The notes beneath the pieces were generated by a model, which did not search any database, had not been told where the DNA came from, and saw only the letters and a list, made by a program, of their open reading frames with translations. Source: the human T2T-CHM13v2.0 reference genome, Homo sapiens. Taken from it: a stretch of DNA of 64,000 nucleotides. The translations under genes and the position numbers were made by a program. Below, in pieces: positions 1-14,286 of the stretch (the stretch's first letter is position 1; every line of letters begins with the position of its first letter). Location of the stretch: the NCBI RefSeq assembly GCF_009914755.1, contig NC_060930.1. One strand, given 5' to 3'.

Positions 1-354
1 ACACTGACCTCAAACCATGAGTACTGAGTATTGCATTAATTTCAATCTGAAATCATGATGAAACAACTATCAGAATTATAGGTAGAGAGCAGAATGCAGA
101 TGTTAATATTCTTAGTTAAATAAAAACAATAAAATAGAAGTCAGGATGTGGTTGGGAAGGAAGTGGGAGGGAGGGAGAGAAAGCATGATAAATTTCTCCA
201 CCTTTCATAGCAGAAAACCAAATAAAACTGTCTAAATTTTTTTCAAAATTAAACTCAACTCAAAAACATGATTCCCACCTCTGTTGTTTTTCATAATTCA
301 TTTTCTTTAAAATGAATCTGTATAATTGAGCTAATCTAAAAAGAAATAGCATGC

Positions 355-530
355 ATGAATCATTGTATTCCAGGTGCTATTCTCAATGTTCTACCTTATA
401 CCTTTTTACTCCTCACAACACCCTATGATTTAGATACTTTAAATCCCATTTTACAGATCAGAATTCCAAAGCACAGAAATGTTAAGTAATTTGCTCAAGT
501 TCCCATAGAAAGTTTAAGTGATAGATCCTG
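355..530 (-). mobile_element. MIR SINE fragment
   Basis: MIR core-like text: cctcacaacaccctatga...cccattttacagat...gttaagtaatttgctcaagttccca. Boundaries approximate. Confidence 0.7.
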
Positions 531-1604
531 GAGGTGGTACTTTTTCATACACAGAAACAATTCTACAAAATTTGACTTTATTTCCCTCCCTATTATCTTC
601 AATTATAATTAAATTTGAAACATTTTACTTAATATGTATGGCAAAATTCATTTTTATAAAAATGATTTCTTTTATCTAGTTCTATTTCCAACTGTATATA
701 TGCACAGGAAAATGTCAGGAATGCGGCTCATCTAATATTACAATGTACTTCTGAGAGTTAAAATTGGTGGTGACGTTTTGCTCTCTGCTCTGTAATTACC
801 AATGCTGTTTTAACTTTTACAATTGTATAATATATAAAATTAATAAAATATTAAATGCATGTCTTCAAATTTTTAGGAAAAAAAGTGATGCTCTTCCACC
901 TATGCCATGAAATTGTAAGCAGCTATTTAAAGTAACATTGTTGGTAAGACTTACTGATGGGTAACCTTATTTTTGTAAAAACAGCCACTTTTTGATACAA
1001 TATTCAAAGTGCATTTTAATTATGTAAAATTAAATATGTTTTATGTGTGTGTATATTTAGAGACAGACATAGAAGCATGCTTTCTATAGCTATCGGCAGT
1101 GGTTATATCTGAATGCTGGGACTTTAGATAATTTTTACTCTATTCTTTATTGCTTTTAGTGCTGATTCAATTATTAACCATAAGCACTTTATTAACTTAA
1201 TTAGAATTTGTATATTCAGTTGGGGAATAGTAAAGGTGAAAGATGCATTTTTACTTGTCCCTCAGAGAGGCACCCTGATTACTGCACTCATGGTGTTAGG
1301 CAGATGTGTGAGTGTTTGGGTTTTTTCCACTATATTTTTTTCTTTGCTGATGATTGCCTAAAACCTGGCTTTGATTACTCACTTTGAGATTTAAGACAGC
1401 AGAAGCCTTTCAGCATTCAGTCATTTTGCCTGAGAGGGAAAAATAATGCTCTAGGGCAAGTTGAACGACAAGAAAGGAATTGATTATATTTTGACCTGTT
1501 GCTGCTCAATTAGATGAATTTGACCAGCTGTGGCAAGATTGTTTTCATGGACTAGTCTGCTTAGGGAACACGTCATTCTTGATCCTTCTCTAAAGATCTT
1601 GCTA

Positions 1605-1745
1605 CTCTAAGTGGGTTTGGCGAACAGCAGCATAGGCCTCACCAGGAAGCTTATTAGAAATGCAGAAGCTTGAATCCCACAACAGCCTTACTTTTATCAA
1701 CATCCTAGGGGATCCTTTGGTGCATTAAAGCATGAGAATCACTGA
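1605..1745. mobile_element. MER5-type hAT MITE fragment
   Basis: agcagcatagg...tcaccaggaagcttattagaaatgcaga...ttaaagcatgagaatcactg resembles MER5A/B. Confidence 0.6.
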
Positions 1746-2949
1746 CTTGAGAACATCATGATCCTATCTCTCTGTGCTCTGCTGGGGTTAAATGGGAACC
1801 GTATCAAAGTTAGAGAATCACGCACATTCAATGGAAAAGACCCCACATGCCACAAAGGAATGCCCCGGGCTGAGAAGTAAATAGACTCACAGGAAGAACT
1901 CACCCACACTCCTCATCACAAACCATACCCTGGACAAATAAATGCTCTGGAACCTACAAAGCCACAATTCAGAGATGGAAACTGACTTCTCTAAAGTCAC
2001 ATCTAAAGGCAGTAACATTTACACACCAAATTTGGAAACCAAAGGCCATGCGATTTAAATGTTCTGCGCTGCCTCTTCAGGGTACTGATTTCCAACCTCA
2101 TTTTCAAATTGACTTATATCTGAAATGGTTCATGTGCTTGAGACCTGCAGTAATTTAGCTAGAAATTTCTTTGGTTCAAAATGATCAGCTGTCAATTTTT
2201 TTTTTTTTTTTGCAGTGGTTTAGGCAACAATTTAAAAATGATCTACCATTAGTATGTAGAGAAAAGACCTCAATGTTCTTTTATTTTATTCTTAAATATT
2301 TATTTAATAAATAACAAAGATGAAATAAATAAAATGTATTTGAATTATTAGAGTGGACAGAAAATAAGCGTATTATTACATACCACTATTGTAAAGAGTG
2401 TTTTTACACGCTTTGTTAGAGCAAGAATTTAAATGTCCTTAATGAGAAAAGTGGAACTATAGCACACTGAGCCAATTATGTAATTCTACCAAATTTTCCA
2501 GGAAATAAAGCTCACAATGTTTATTTAGCAAAACATGTGATTGCCAAGACTGTACCTGCAATGTGCCATTAATAATTCAATTTGCCTAATCACTACATCT
2601 AAGGAAAACATTTTGCATTTTGGTAGAAGCTTTAACTCTTTCTTCTTTTTCTTACCTACAACATGCCAGAGGTGAGTCTGAGGCTGGTATAGATATCTCT
2701 ATTTTACAAATGAAGAACTGAGTCCCACAGATCAACTGTCACCCAAAGTGATGCTGTACTGGAGGACTGATGATTCTTCCTGAACTGTGGGCTCTGATTT
2801 GTTTGACCAGAAAGGACAATACCCATTAGATAGATTACTTTACAAATTAAAAGGATTATGTAAATTTCCAACTATTTCAAAATGATATAAGCATTCGGGA
2901 AGTCATTAGTGGCATTTAAATTTGAGTTTTAAATCTAAGGTGGATGACA

Positions 2950-3200
2950 ATCTAGAGTCTTTGCCTTTGGGAGGAAGGGCTGGGGATTGGCGGAGAAAGG
3001 CATGAGAGGGCTTCTGCAAGGATGGTAATTTCTACATGATTAGTGGGGTGGATACCTATGTGATAAAGTGAGTATAGCAAAATGTTAATGGTAGAATCTT
3101 GGTGTGTATTCAGTGTTTGCTCTAAAATTCTTTCAATTTTTCTGTATGTGTAAAATTTTCTGTATGTTATAATATCAAATATACTATACTAAATAATAAA
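2950..3200 (+). mobile_element. Ancient L1 (L1ME-like) 3' UTR fragment
   Basis: aaaatgttaatggtagaatct...aaaattctttcaatttttctgtatgt is typical of L1ME 3' ends. Approximate. Confidence 0.55.
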
Positions 3201-3639
3201 ATATTATAAAAAAAGATACATTGTTTTAAATGGAGTTTTTACCCAATATATATTAGAAAACCCTTAAGTATGCATATAAATCACCTGTGTCTGCTTAATA
3301 AACACAATGTGAATGACTGTGCCTAAAAATTATACTCAGGGGAAGCACTTAGCACCTCATTGTATTTTTCTTAGAACAATTTTTTATTTATCCAAATGGT
3401 ACTCTAATTTTACTAAAATGAAAACTGAGAGTATTTGCTCTTTTCTGGATATTTGAGAAGCATATTTATTTTCAGGGCAACTGATTGTTAATGAATTCCC
3501 TTACTATCCTTAATATCAGTAACTAAATAAACATTTCTAAATTATTTTCAAACAATTATAGACTTTTTTGTTCATTTTCTTTTCAAATGATCTCACTATT
3601 CTTAAGACAATCTTCAAATAAAGCAAAGAAAAAACATTT

Positions 3640-3641
<2 letters not shown>

Positions 3642-3687
<46 letters not shown>

Positions 3688-3968
3688 AGACAGAGTCTTA
3701 CTCTGTCACCCAGGCTGGAGGGCAGTGGCGCATCTCGGCTCACTGCAACCTCTGCCTCCTGGGCTCAAGCGATTCTCTTGCCTCAGCCTCCCGAGTAGCT
3801 GTGATTACAGGCACCCGCCACCATGCCAGGCTAATTTTTTGTATTTTTAGTAGAGACAGGGTTTCGCCATGTTGCCCAGGCTGGTCTGGAACTCCTGACC
3901 TCAGGCAATCTGCCCAACTCAGCCTCCCAAAGTGCTGGGATTACAGGCCTGAGCCACCGCGCCCAGGC
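3642..3968 (-). mobile_element. AluS, full length
   Basis: 45-nt poly-T then both Alu arms in antisense; TSD AACATTTCC at 3633-3641 and 3969-3977. Confidence 0.95.
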
Positions 3969-4211
3969 AACATTTCCATTTTTAGTAACGTAGCAGAACC
4001 TTGCCATCAAGCTTGCTCATATTACCTTTTTTTGGCTGCAGTGGAAAACAAGTGCTTCCTCTTTCAAAAACTCCAGTGACTGACAGCTGTCAGTGTTGGC
4101 TGAGTTACCTTGCGTTGGTTTTGTCCATTCCACTTGTCTTTTGATTTCACAGTTCAAGGAGAAGAAGGCAAAAACAAACAAACCAGCCTTAAATAAGCAG
4201 AGTAACTCTCA

Positions 4212-4595
<384 letters not shown>

Positions 4596-5369
4596 CTAAT
4601 GCAGCAGTTTCATTTTTCGAAAGGGGATTGAGGAAAGATATATGTTTTCTCTCTTTGGCTCTGGCACCCACACACATGTACAAGCTTCACTAAGGCATGT
4701 CGTCACTGTACTTCATTCTTCCTTGAAACTCTGGGCTGCCAGAACATTCGCCTTTGCTGTGTTTTTCCTGCTACAGATGATGTGAGGTGGGCTTGCCTGT
4801 TTGTTGGAGATATTAAAGCTCACTAGCAATACTTCGTTAATGTTTAGTTTCCACTTGAGGATTTTTCTGATTTTTCAAATGCTTCACCAGGCTATCTGCC
4901 TTGATGTCACCTCGCGGTGGGATCTAACCCCTGTTTTAATGACCCCTTTCTATATTGATCCTCTTCAGATGGTTTTATTGAAGTTTTAAGCAACCCAAGC
5001 TTATTTGTGAGATCCTTTACTCAACTATTGAATAGCAACCGTGGAAGATGCATGTATTGTGACAGAGCTGATTTTTACTGGGGGGATGTCCAGGATATTG
5101 ACATCTTTCAATCATACAAATATTAAAGGCAAGAGCTAATAAAGGCTGCTGGCTCCTTCCCACGTGCCCAAAGAGGTAGATGCCACAGGAGAGGGGAGGC
5201 TGATAGATCCTAGAACCTAACAAAGAACCAGAGGAAATCCCCGTGGAGAGAGAAGTTGCTGAGTCTTTGCTGCGGTGCATGTGGCGGAAGTGGCACTGAG
5301 GAGTCAGGACAGGAGGGAGAACGGGAGCCAGGTGGGGAGCATGTGTTAGCGGTATCCTTTTCTCTCCTC

Positions 5370-5661
5370 TTTTTTTTTTTTCAGACGGAGTCTCGCTCTG
5401 TCGCCCAGGCTGGAGGGCAGCGGCACGATCTCGCTCACTGCAACCTCCGCCTCCCGGGTTCAAGCGATTCTCCTGCCACAGCCTGCCGAGTAGCTGGGAT
5501 TACAGGCACCCGCCACCATGCCCAGCTACTTCTTGTATTTTTAGTGGAGACGGGGTTTCACCATGTTGGCCAGGCTGGTCTTGAACTCCTGGCCTTAGGT
5601 GATCCACCTGCCTCGGCCTCCCAAAGTTTTGGATTACAGGCTTGAGCCACCGCGCCCGGCC
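5370..5661 (-). mobile_element. AluS, full length
   Basis: Poly-T then cagacggagtctcgctctgtcgcccaggctgg...gagccaccgcgcccggcc. Confidence 0.95.
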
Positions 5662-6149
5662 TCTTCTCCATTATTTTATCTGCTGTTACTACAGAATGGA
5701 AAAACTACAGTTCCAGCCCATTGTCAGGGAGAGGAATGGTAACATCAGAGAATCTCCTAAACAGGCTTTGGGAGGAAAGAGTACAAAAACAGGTGCAATA
5801 AACTGGCCAGCCCTCTATACGTTCCCTCTGCCCGCCTCTCACCCCACTTCCCCCCTTGGCTAGATAATTCTAACCAACTGAGAATTTGAGGGCTTTTCGA
5901 AATAAGTGGTTTCTGGAACAGAGGTGCTCAGGGAGGCGAATTCTTAAGAGGCAAAGTCGCTTCATGGTAGGGGATGGGCGTGGAGTAACTCGGATTGTGC
6001 CATCAGACGCTCTCCAATCTGAGCATATGCTCCTTTTCCTAACCAACCAGGGGGTGGAAGCTAGGGCTGAGGTATTTGTCCCTCCCACTGTGTACACAGC
6101 ACCAGCCAATATGGGTTAATAGATCCAAAAGGATATGAGCTCCCAGAGA

Positions 6150-7720
<1,571 letters not shown>

Positions 7721-8048
7721 GAAGTTTGATCTGAAAGGTCCAAATAGTTATATCTAGTTTTCACAGGCTCATTAAATGCAACAGACGTTTATTAGGCATC
7801 TACTAAGCTGCTGTCCTTGAATACACTCAGAGTACTCAACGATGCCCATTGCAACACAAAAAAATCATAATTTATTTATTTTTATCTTATACTTTAAAAA
7901 CTCCTGTGTTTTTATGTGCTTTATAATGTATATATTAGTATAGTATCTCAAGTATACAATGTATACATAAAATTATACACATACACACATATATATGATT
8001 AATATAACCACCTATATATGTGGTTATATTAATTTCCATAGAGGTGGT

Positions 8049-8818
<770 letters not shown>

Positions 8819-8959
8819 GTGATATATGCTAGAACATGTTTTTTAAATATAATGGAAGTATACAATCTAAAAAAAGTAGACCCCTGGTGTGAAGCTCTAG
8901 GATAAGTACCATGACAGACACAGGTGTATATCAGATGTGGTGTTAACATGCTAGCAGCC

Positions 8960-9850
8960 CGTGGGAGATATCACAGGTTCATTGGTTACCACAATATGCT
9001 CTGAAGAGAAATGTCCCAAGAAGAGTTCTGACAATGGTCTAAAGCAGCTTATAGCAAAAGGTGTCATAACCAGGTGTGGGAAGCATGAAAGGTTTTGCTA
9101 AGGGGGTAATGTCTGTATTGAGCACTGAGTTATGTGTTATCAGAAATGAACGTTCTATAAAGTGCATTCCCAGCACAGACACTGTGCCCAGGGGGAGGGC
9201 AGGAATGCTGAATACAGTTTGCTTTAGTAGAGTAGTGGACAGAAAAATAAGATGAGATCATATTGCAGAATCCCTTTGGACACAGAAGGAAGTGTTTATT
9301 TTGTGGATGTTTTTGTTTTCTTTTTCCTTCTTCTGTACTTGGTGGCAATTGAGAGGACTGAATGGGTTTGAGCAGAATATTATTCTGGCAGCAGCGTGCA
9401 TACAATGGCTGGGAAGATGCATAGACAAGAGGTGCAGTAGAAGCCTGTTTTAATATGTGAGCCAAGAAAAAAAGGAACTAAAGCAACACAATGCGTGTGG
9501 GAATAGAAAGGAGGAATCCATGGATATTACAAAAGTAGAATAAAATAACCTGGCATGGGACTGCATGGAGGGACAAGTTGGAAGAAGTCAGAGGATAGTT
9601 AGGTCTTGAGCTTGGGCAGTCAAGAGGCCAATGAAATCAGCCAGCAAAATAGAGGCCTCAAGAGGAAAATAGAAACTGTTTAGGTGGGAGTTTAAGGTTG
9701 GGATTTCAATATACTGAGACTTAAGAACAACAGGTGAGGATGTCAGACAAGTAGAGGGGAAGGTGTGTAGTGCAGCTGCAACTCCAGGGTCAGGAGTCAT
9801 GGGGCCAGACAGAGGTGACAATGGAAGCTCTGGGGATTTATTTGCCTTTA
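8960..9850 (-). mobile_element. L2 fragments
   Basis: Purine-rich decayed L2-like text (tgagcttgggca...gacttaag...caggtgaggatgtcagacaagtagag). Approximate. Confidence 0.5.
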
Positions 9851-11602
9851 AGGAAAAAAAGAAAAGAAAAAAAGATGAGGTGCAATGGTGCTGGGAGTCT
9901 TCATTTATTAATTAGTTCCTCTTTGAGCTCTCTTCCATGTCCTCCAACAGACTTCATAAATGTAGTCTCTGAAGAATGCTTTGTAGCAAAACAGGCTCTT
10001 CCTCTCCCTCCCCATATATTTATTTTTTATTCTTTGCCTATTAGTTTAGCTCATTTCAAGCTCACTGAAGTGGATGGCCACAGAGAATTCTGGGGAGGTC
10101 TGAATTTGAATAAATGTTTTGAAGATACACAAGCACACACACACGCACACACACATAAGTATTCCAGGCATTGTGTTAGAAGCTGGGATACATGGGGAAC
10201 CTGAGCTTGAAGGATCCTCCAGTTTAGTGAATAAATTTTCAATTCTATAGGGGAGAAAGGGTAAAAGCAGGATTGGAGGTGTGCAAAGTTGGCAATGCCA
10301 AGTGGGGAAAGGTAGTAGCTTTCAGGTTTAGCAGGGGCAGACAAAAATCTATTGTTTTTAATGAGGGAGAGGATGCAGGCAGGATTATTCAGAGAAAAGG
10401 TACCCACAAGAAGGCAAGACAAGTCAGGTGAGAGAGAGGAGGATGGAAAAGTGCAACCCAAGAGCAAGCACAAGTGATGGGGCGGGAGCACTCGTCCCAG
10501 GCTGGGCTTCACTCTTCGCTTCACTCTTCTTCTTGGAGAGGAGAAGAAAACAGGGAAGTTAATTTGAGGATGGAGAAGTAAAGTTGAAGCAGCAGACATT
10601 AGATAATGTATCAGTTAATATAACTGGACTTCAAAGATAAAGAATCATTGAACCTGCAAGTAAAAATATCAAGGGAAAAAGATCCAGACTCTGCATAATG
10701 TGAGAACCAGTTGGAGTTCTGCCCCCAAGTCGTCAAAGAAAGAGAGCATGACCTACAAATGGCCCATCCATTCAAGCTGTCTGTCACGTACAATGACAGC
10801 AGACAAATAGTTTGGAAGATGCAAAAGACCCAGTGACTATACACCCCAGCTTTACTGCATAAAAAAGAATTAAGAAGCAATTGCAAAAAAGGGGAGAGAT
10901 AAAACGGTGTTTGAAAAGCAATTAACACATATGTAAATATCTCTTCCTTTTTCTCCTATACTTCAGATAACATTTGGAGTTAAATGAAGTGTCATGGCCA
11001 AGAAAACAAACTACATGTGAAATATTTCACATGGACAACTTTCATTCCTTTGGACAACAAAATGAGTTTCAAACCAATGTTGAAGTCGAATTTGTGAAAC
11101 AAATTTATTCAAAGGTTGAAAACTACCTTCACTGTAAAAAACACAAAGAGCTTGTAATATTACTGAGTTATCATGTGATTGATACAGTGCATTACTTCAA
11201 TTTCTAACATTACTCTTAGTGAAGGAATGAGTGATTACAACTTTAACAGTCTGACTTAAACGACCATATGTAGGAATTTGCCATTTTTAAATTTTTTTAT
11301 TTTATTTTTATGGTAACTGTCTTGTGCCTTCTATGTTTGGAAAAATCTCCACCTGATGAGTTTTGCTGAGAGACCATCACTTCCCAAATGCTTGTTTGCC
11401 AGGCTCCCTTGAAGACAGCTTGGGCACCTAACTGAGGTTTGGCCCATCAACTGTACCAAGTCAAGAATGACTTAGGAGTTCATGATGAAAAGAGGAAATC
11501 TACAGGGAAGCTTTGGTGGTTGTGGGCAACCTCAATAGCAGCAGTTGCATTGAGTTTCCAGGGACCACAGTGGCAAAAGTACAGAGGAGGTCTCACAGCC
11601 AG

Positions 11603-12014
11603 TGTCAGGTCTCTGAGCCCAAGCTAAGCCATCATATCCCCTGTGACCTGCACGTACACATCCAGATGGCCAGTTCCTGCCTTAACTGATGACATTCCAC
11701 CACAAAAGAAGTGAAAATGGCCTGTTCCTGCCTTAACTGATGAGATTGTCTTGTGAAATTCCTTCTCCTGGCTCATCCCGGCTCAAAAGCTCCCCTACTG
11801 AGCACCTTGTGACCCCACTCTGCCCACCAGAGAACAACCCCCCTTTGACTGTCATTTTCCTTTATCTACCCAAATCCTATAAAACAGCCCCACCCTTATC
11901 TCCCTTTGCTGACTCTCTTTTCGGACTCAGCCCGCCTGCACCCAGGTGAAATAAACAGCCGTGTTCCTCACACAAAGCCTGTTTGGTGGTCTCTTCACAC
12001 GGACGCGTATGAAA
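11603..12014 (+). promoter_or_regulatory. 5' LTR7 (412 bp)
   Basis: LTR7-like sequence; two U3 repeat copies (11673, 11724); TATAAAA 11878-11884; CCCCACCC box; AATAAA 11950-11955. Confidence 0.95.
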
Positions 12015-12016
12015 TT

Positions 12017-12034
12017 TGGTACCATGACTCGGAT
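12017..12034 (+). other. Primer binding site complementary to tRNA-His (2 mismatches)
   Basis: TGGTACCATGACTCGGAT versus canonical TGGTGCCGTGACTCGGAT, 2 nt after the 5' LTR. Confidence 0.9.
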
Positions 12035-12452
12035 TGGGGGGACCTCCCTTGGGAGATCAATCCCCTGTCCTCCTGCTCTTTGCTCCATGAGAAAGATCCA
12101 CCTACGACCTCAGGTCCTCAGACCAACCAGCCCAAGAAACATCTCACCAATTTCAAATCCAGTAAGTGGCCTGTTTTTACTCTCTTCTCCAACCTCCCTC
12201 ACTATCCCTCAACCTCTTTCTCCTTTCAATCTTGGTGCCACACTTCAATCTCTCCCTTCTTTTAATTTCAATTCCTTTCATTTTCTGGTAGAGACAAAGG
12301 AGACACATTTTATCTGTGGACCCAAAACTCCGGCGCCGGTCACGGACTGGGAAGGCAGCCTTCCCTTGGTGTTTAATCATTGCAGGGACACCTCTCTGAT
12401 TATTCACCCATGTTTCAGAGGTGTCAGACCATGCAGGGACGCCTGCCTTGGT

Positions 12453-12872
12453 CCTTCATCCTTAGCGGCAAGTCCCACTTTTCTGGGGTAGGGGCAAGTA
12501 CCCCAACCCCTTCTCTCCATGTCTCTACCCCTTCTCCACCTTTCTGGGGGGCAAGAAACCCCCAACCCCTTCTCCTTCACTCTTAGCAGTAAGTCCCACT
12601 CTTCTAGGGGAGGGGGAAGTACCCCAACCCCTTCTCTCCATGTCTCTACCCCTTCTCTGCCTTTCTGGGGGGCAAGAAACCCCCAACCCCTTCTCCTTCA
12701 CTCTTAGCAGTAAGTCCCACTCTTCTAGGGGAGGGGGAAGTACCCCAACCCCTTCTCTCCATGTCTCTACCCCTTCTCTGCCTTTCTTGGGGGCAAGAAA
12801 CCCCCAACCCCTTCTTCTTCACCCTTAGCAGCAAGTCCCGCTTTTCTAGGGGTGGGGCAAGTACTCCAACCT
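12453..12872 (+). repeat. 121-bp tandem repeat, about 3.4 copies, in the HERV-H leader
   Basis: Anchor CTTAGC..AAGTCCC recurs at 12461, 12582, 12703 and 12824. Confidence 0.92.
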
Positions 12873-13068
12873 CGTATCCCTGCACCCTGATTCCTTACTT
12901 CTGCACCACAACCTCTTATATCTCTACACCCTGATCCCTTATTTCCACACCCCGGCCTCGTATCTCTGTGCCCTGACCCCTTTCCCGCTTTTCTGGAGGG
13001 TAAGAACCCCCGAACAACTTCCCTCTGTGTCTCTACTCTCCCTTTTCTTTAAACTTGCCTCCTTCACT

Positions 13069-14286
13069 ATAGGCAACCTTCCACCCTCCATTCCTCCTTC
13101 TTCTCCCTTAGCCTGTGTTCTTAAGAACATAAAACTCTTCAACTCTCACCTGACCTAAAACTTAAATGCCTTATTTTCTTCTACAATGCCGCTTGACCCC
13201 AATACAAACTTGACAGTGGTTCTAAATGGCCAGAAAATGGCACTTTCGATTTCTCCATCCTCCAAGACCTAAATAATTTTTGTCGAAAAATAGGAAAATG
13301 GTCTGAGGTGCCTGATGTCCAGGCACTCTTTTACACATCAGTCCCTCCCCAGTCTCTGTGCCCAGTGCAACTCATCCCAAATCTTCCTTCTTTCCCTCCC
13401 ACCTGTCCCCTCAGTCCCAACCCCAAGCATCGCTGAGTCTTTCTAATCTTCCTTTTCTACAGACCCATCTGACCTCTCCCCTCCTCCCCAGGCCGAGCTA
13501 GGTCCCAATTCTTCCTCAGCCTCCGCTCCTCCACCCTATAATCTCTTTATCACCTCCCCTCCTCACACCCGGTCCAGTTTACAGTTTCATTCCATGAGTA
13601 GCCCTCCCCAACCTGCCCAGCAATTTCCTCTTAAAAAGGTGGCTGAAGCTAAAGGCATAGTCAAGGTTAATGCTCCTTTTTCTTTATCAGACCTCTCCCA
13701 AATTAGTGAGCGTTTAGGCTTTTTCATCAAATATGAAAAACCCAGCCCAGTTCATGGCTCGTTTGGCAGCAACCCTGAGACGCTTTACAGCCCTAGACCC
13801 TGAAAGGTCAAAAGGCCGTCTTATTCTCAATATACATTTTATTACCCAATCTGCTCCCGACATTAAATAAAACTCCAAAACTTAAATTCCGGCCCTCAAA
13901 CCCCACAACAGGATTTAATTAACCTTGCCTTCAAGGTGTAGAATAATAGAAAAAAGTCGCAATTCTTTGCCTCCACTGTGAGACAAACCCCAGCCACATC
14001 TCCAGCACACAAGAACTTCCAAACGCCTGAACCGCAGCTGCCAGGGGTTCCTCCAGAACCTCCTCCCACAGGAGCTTGCCACAAGTGCCAGAAATCTGGC
14101 CACTGGGCCAAGGAATGCCCACAGCCCAGGATTCCTCCTAAGCCATGTCCCATCTGTGCGGGACCCCACTGAAAATTGGACTGTTCAACTCACCTGACAG
14201 CCACTTCCAGATCCCCTGGAACTCTGGCCCAAGGCTCTCTGACTGACTCCTTCCCAGATCTTCTCGGCTTAGCAGCTGAAGACTGA
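13069..14286 (+). pseudogene. gag: HERV-H gag remnant
   Basis: Start mutated (ATA GGC AAC CTT CCA, from M-G-N-L-P); CCHC knuckle CHKCQKSGHWAKEC; second knuckle CPICAGPH* broken by TGA; stops and deletions. Confidence 0.88.

Noticed and set aside
10051-11207. Longest ORF in the track (182 aa, minus strand) and neighbouring ORFs
   Set aside because: No recognisable protein similarity or exon structure; composition reflects purine-rich DNA.
12453-12872. Regularly spaced repeats resembling a CRISPR array
   Set aside because: Head-to-tail 121-bp units with no unique spacers, inside a retroviral leader in primate DNA; no cas genes.
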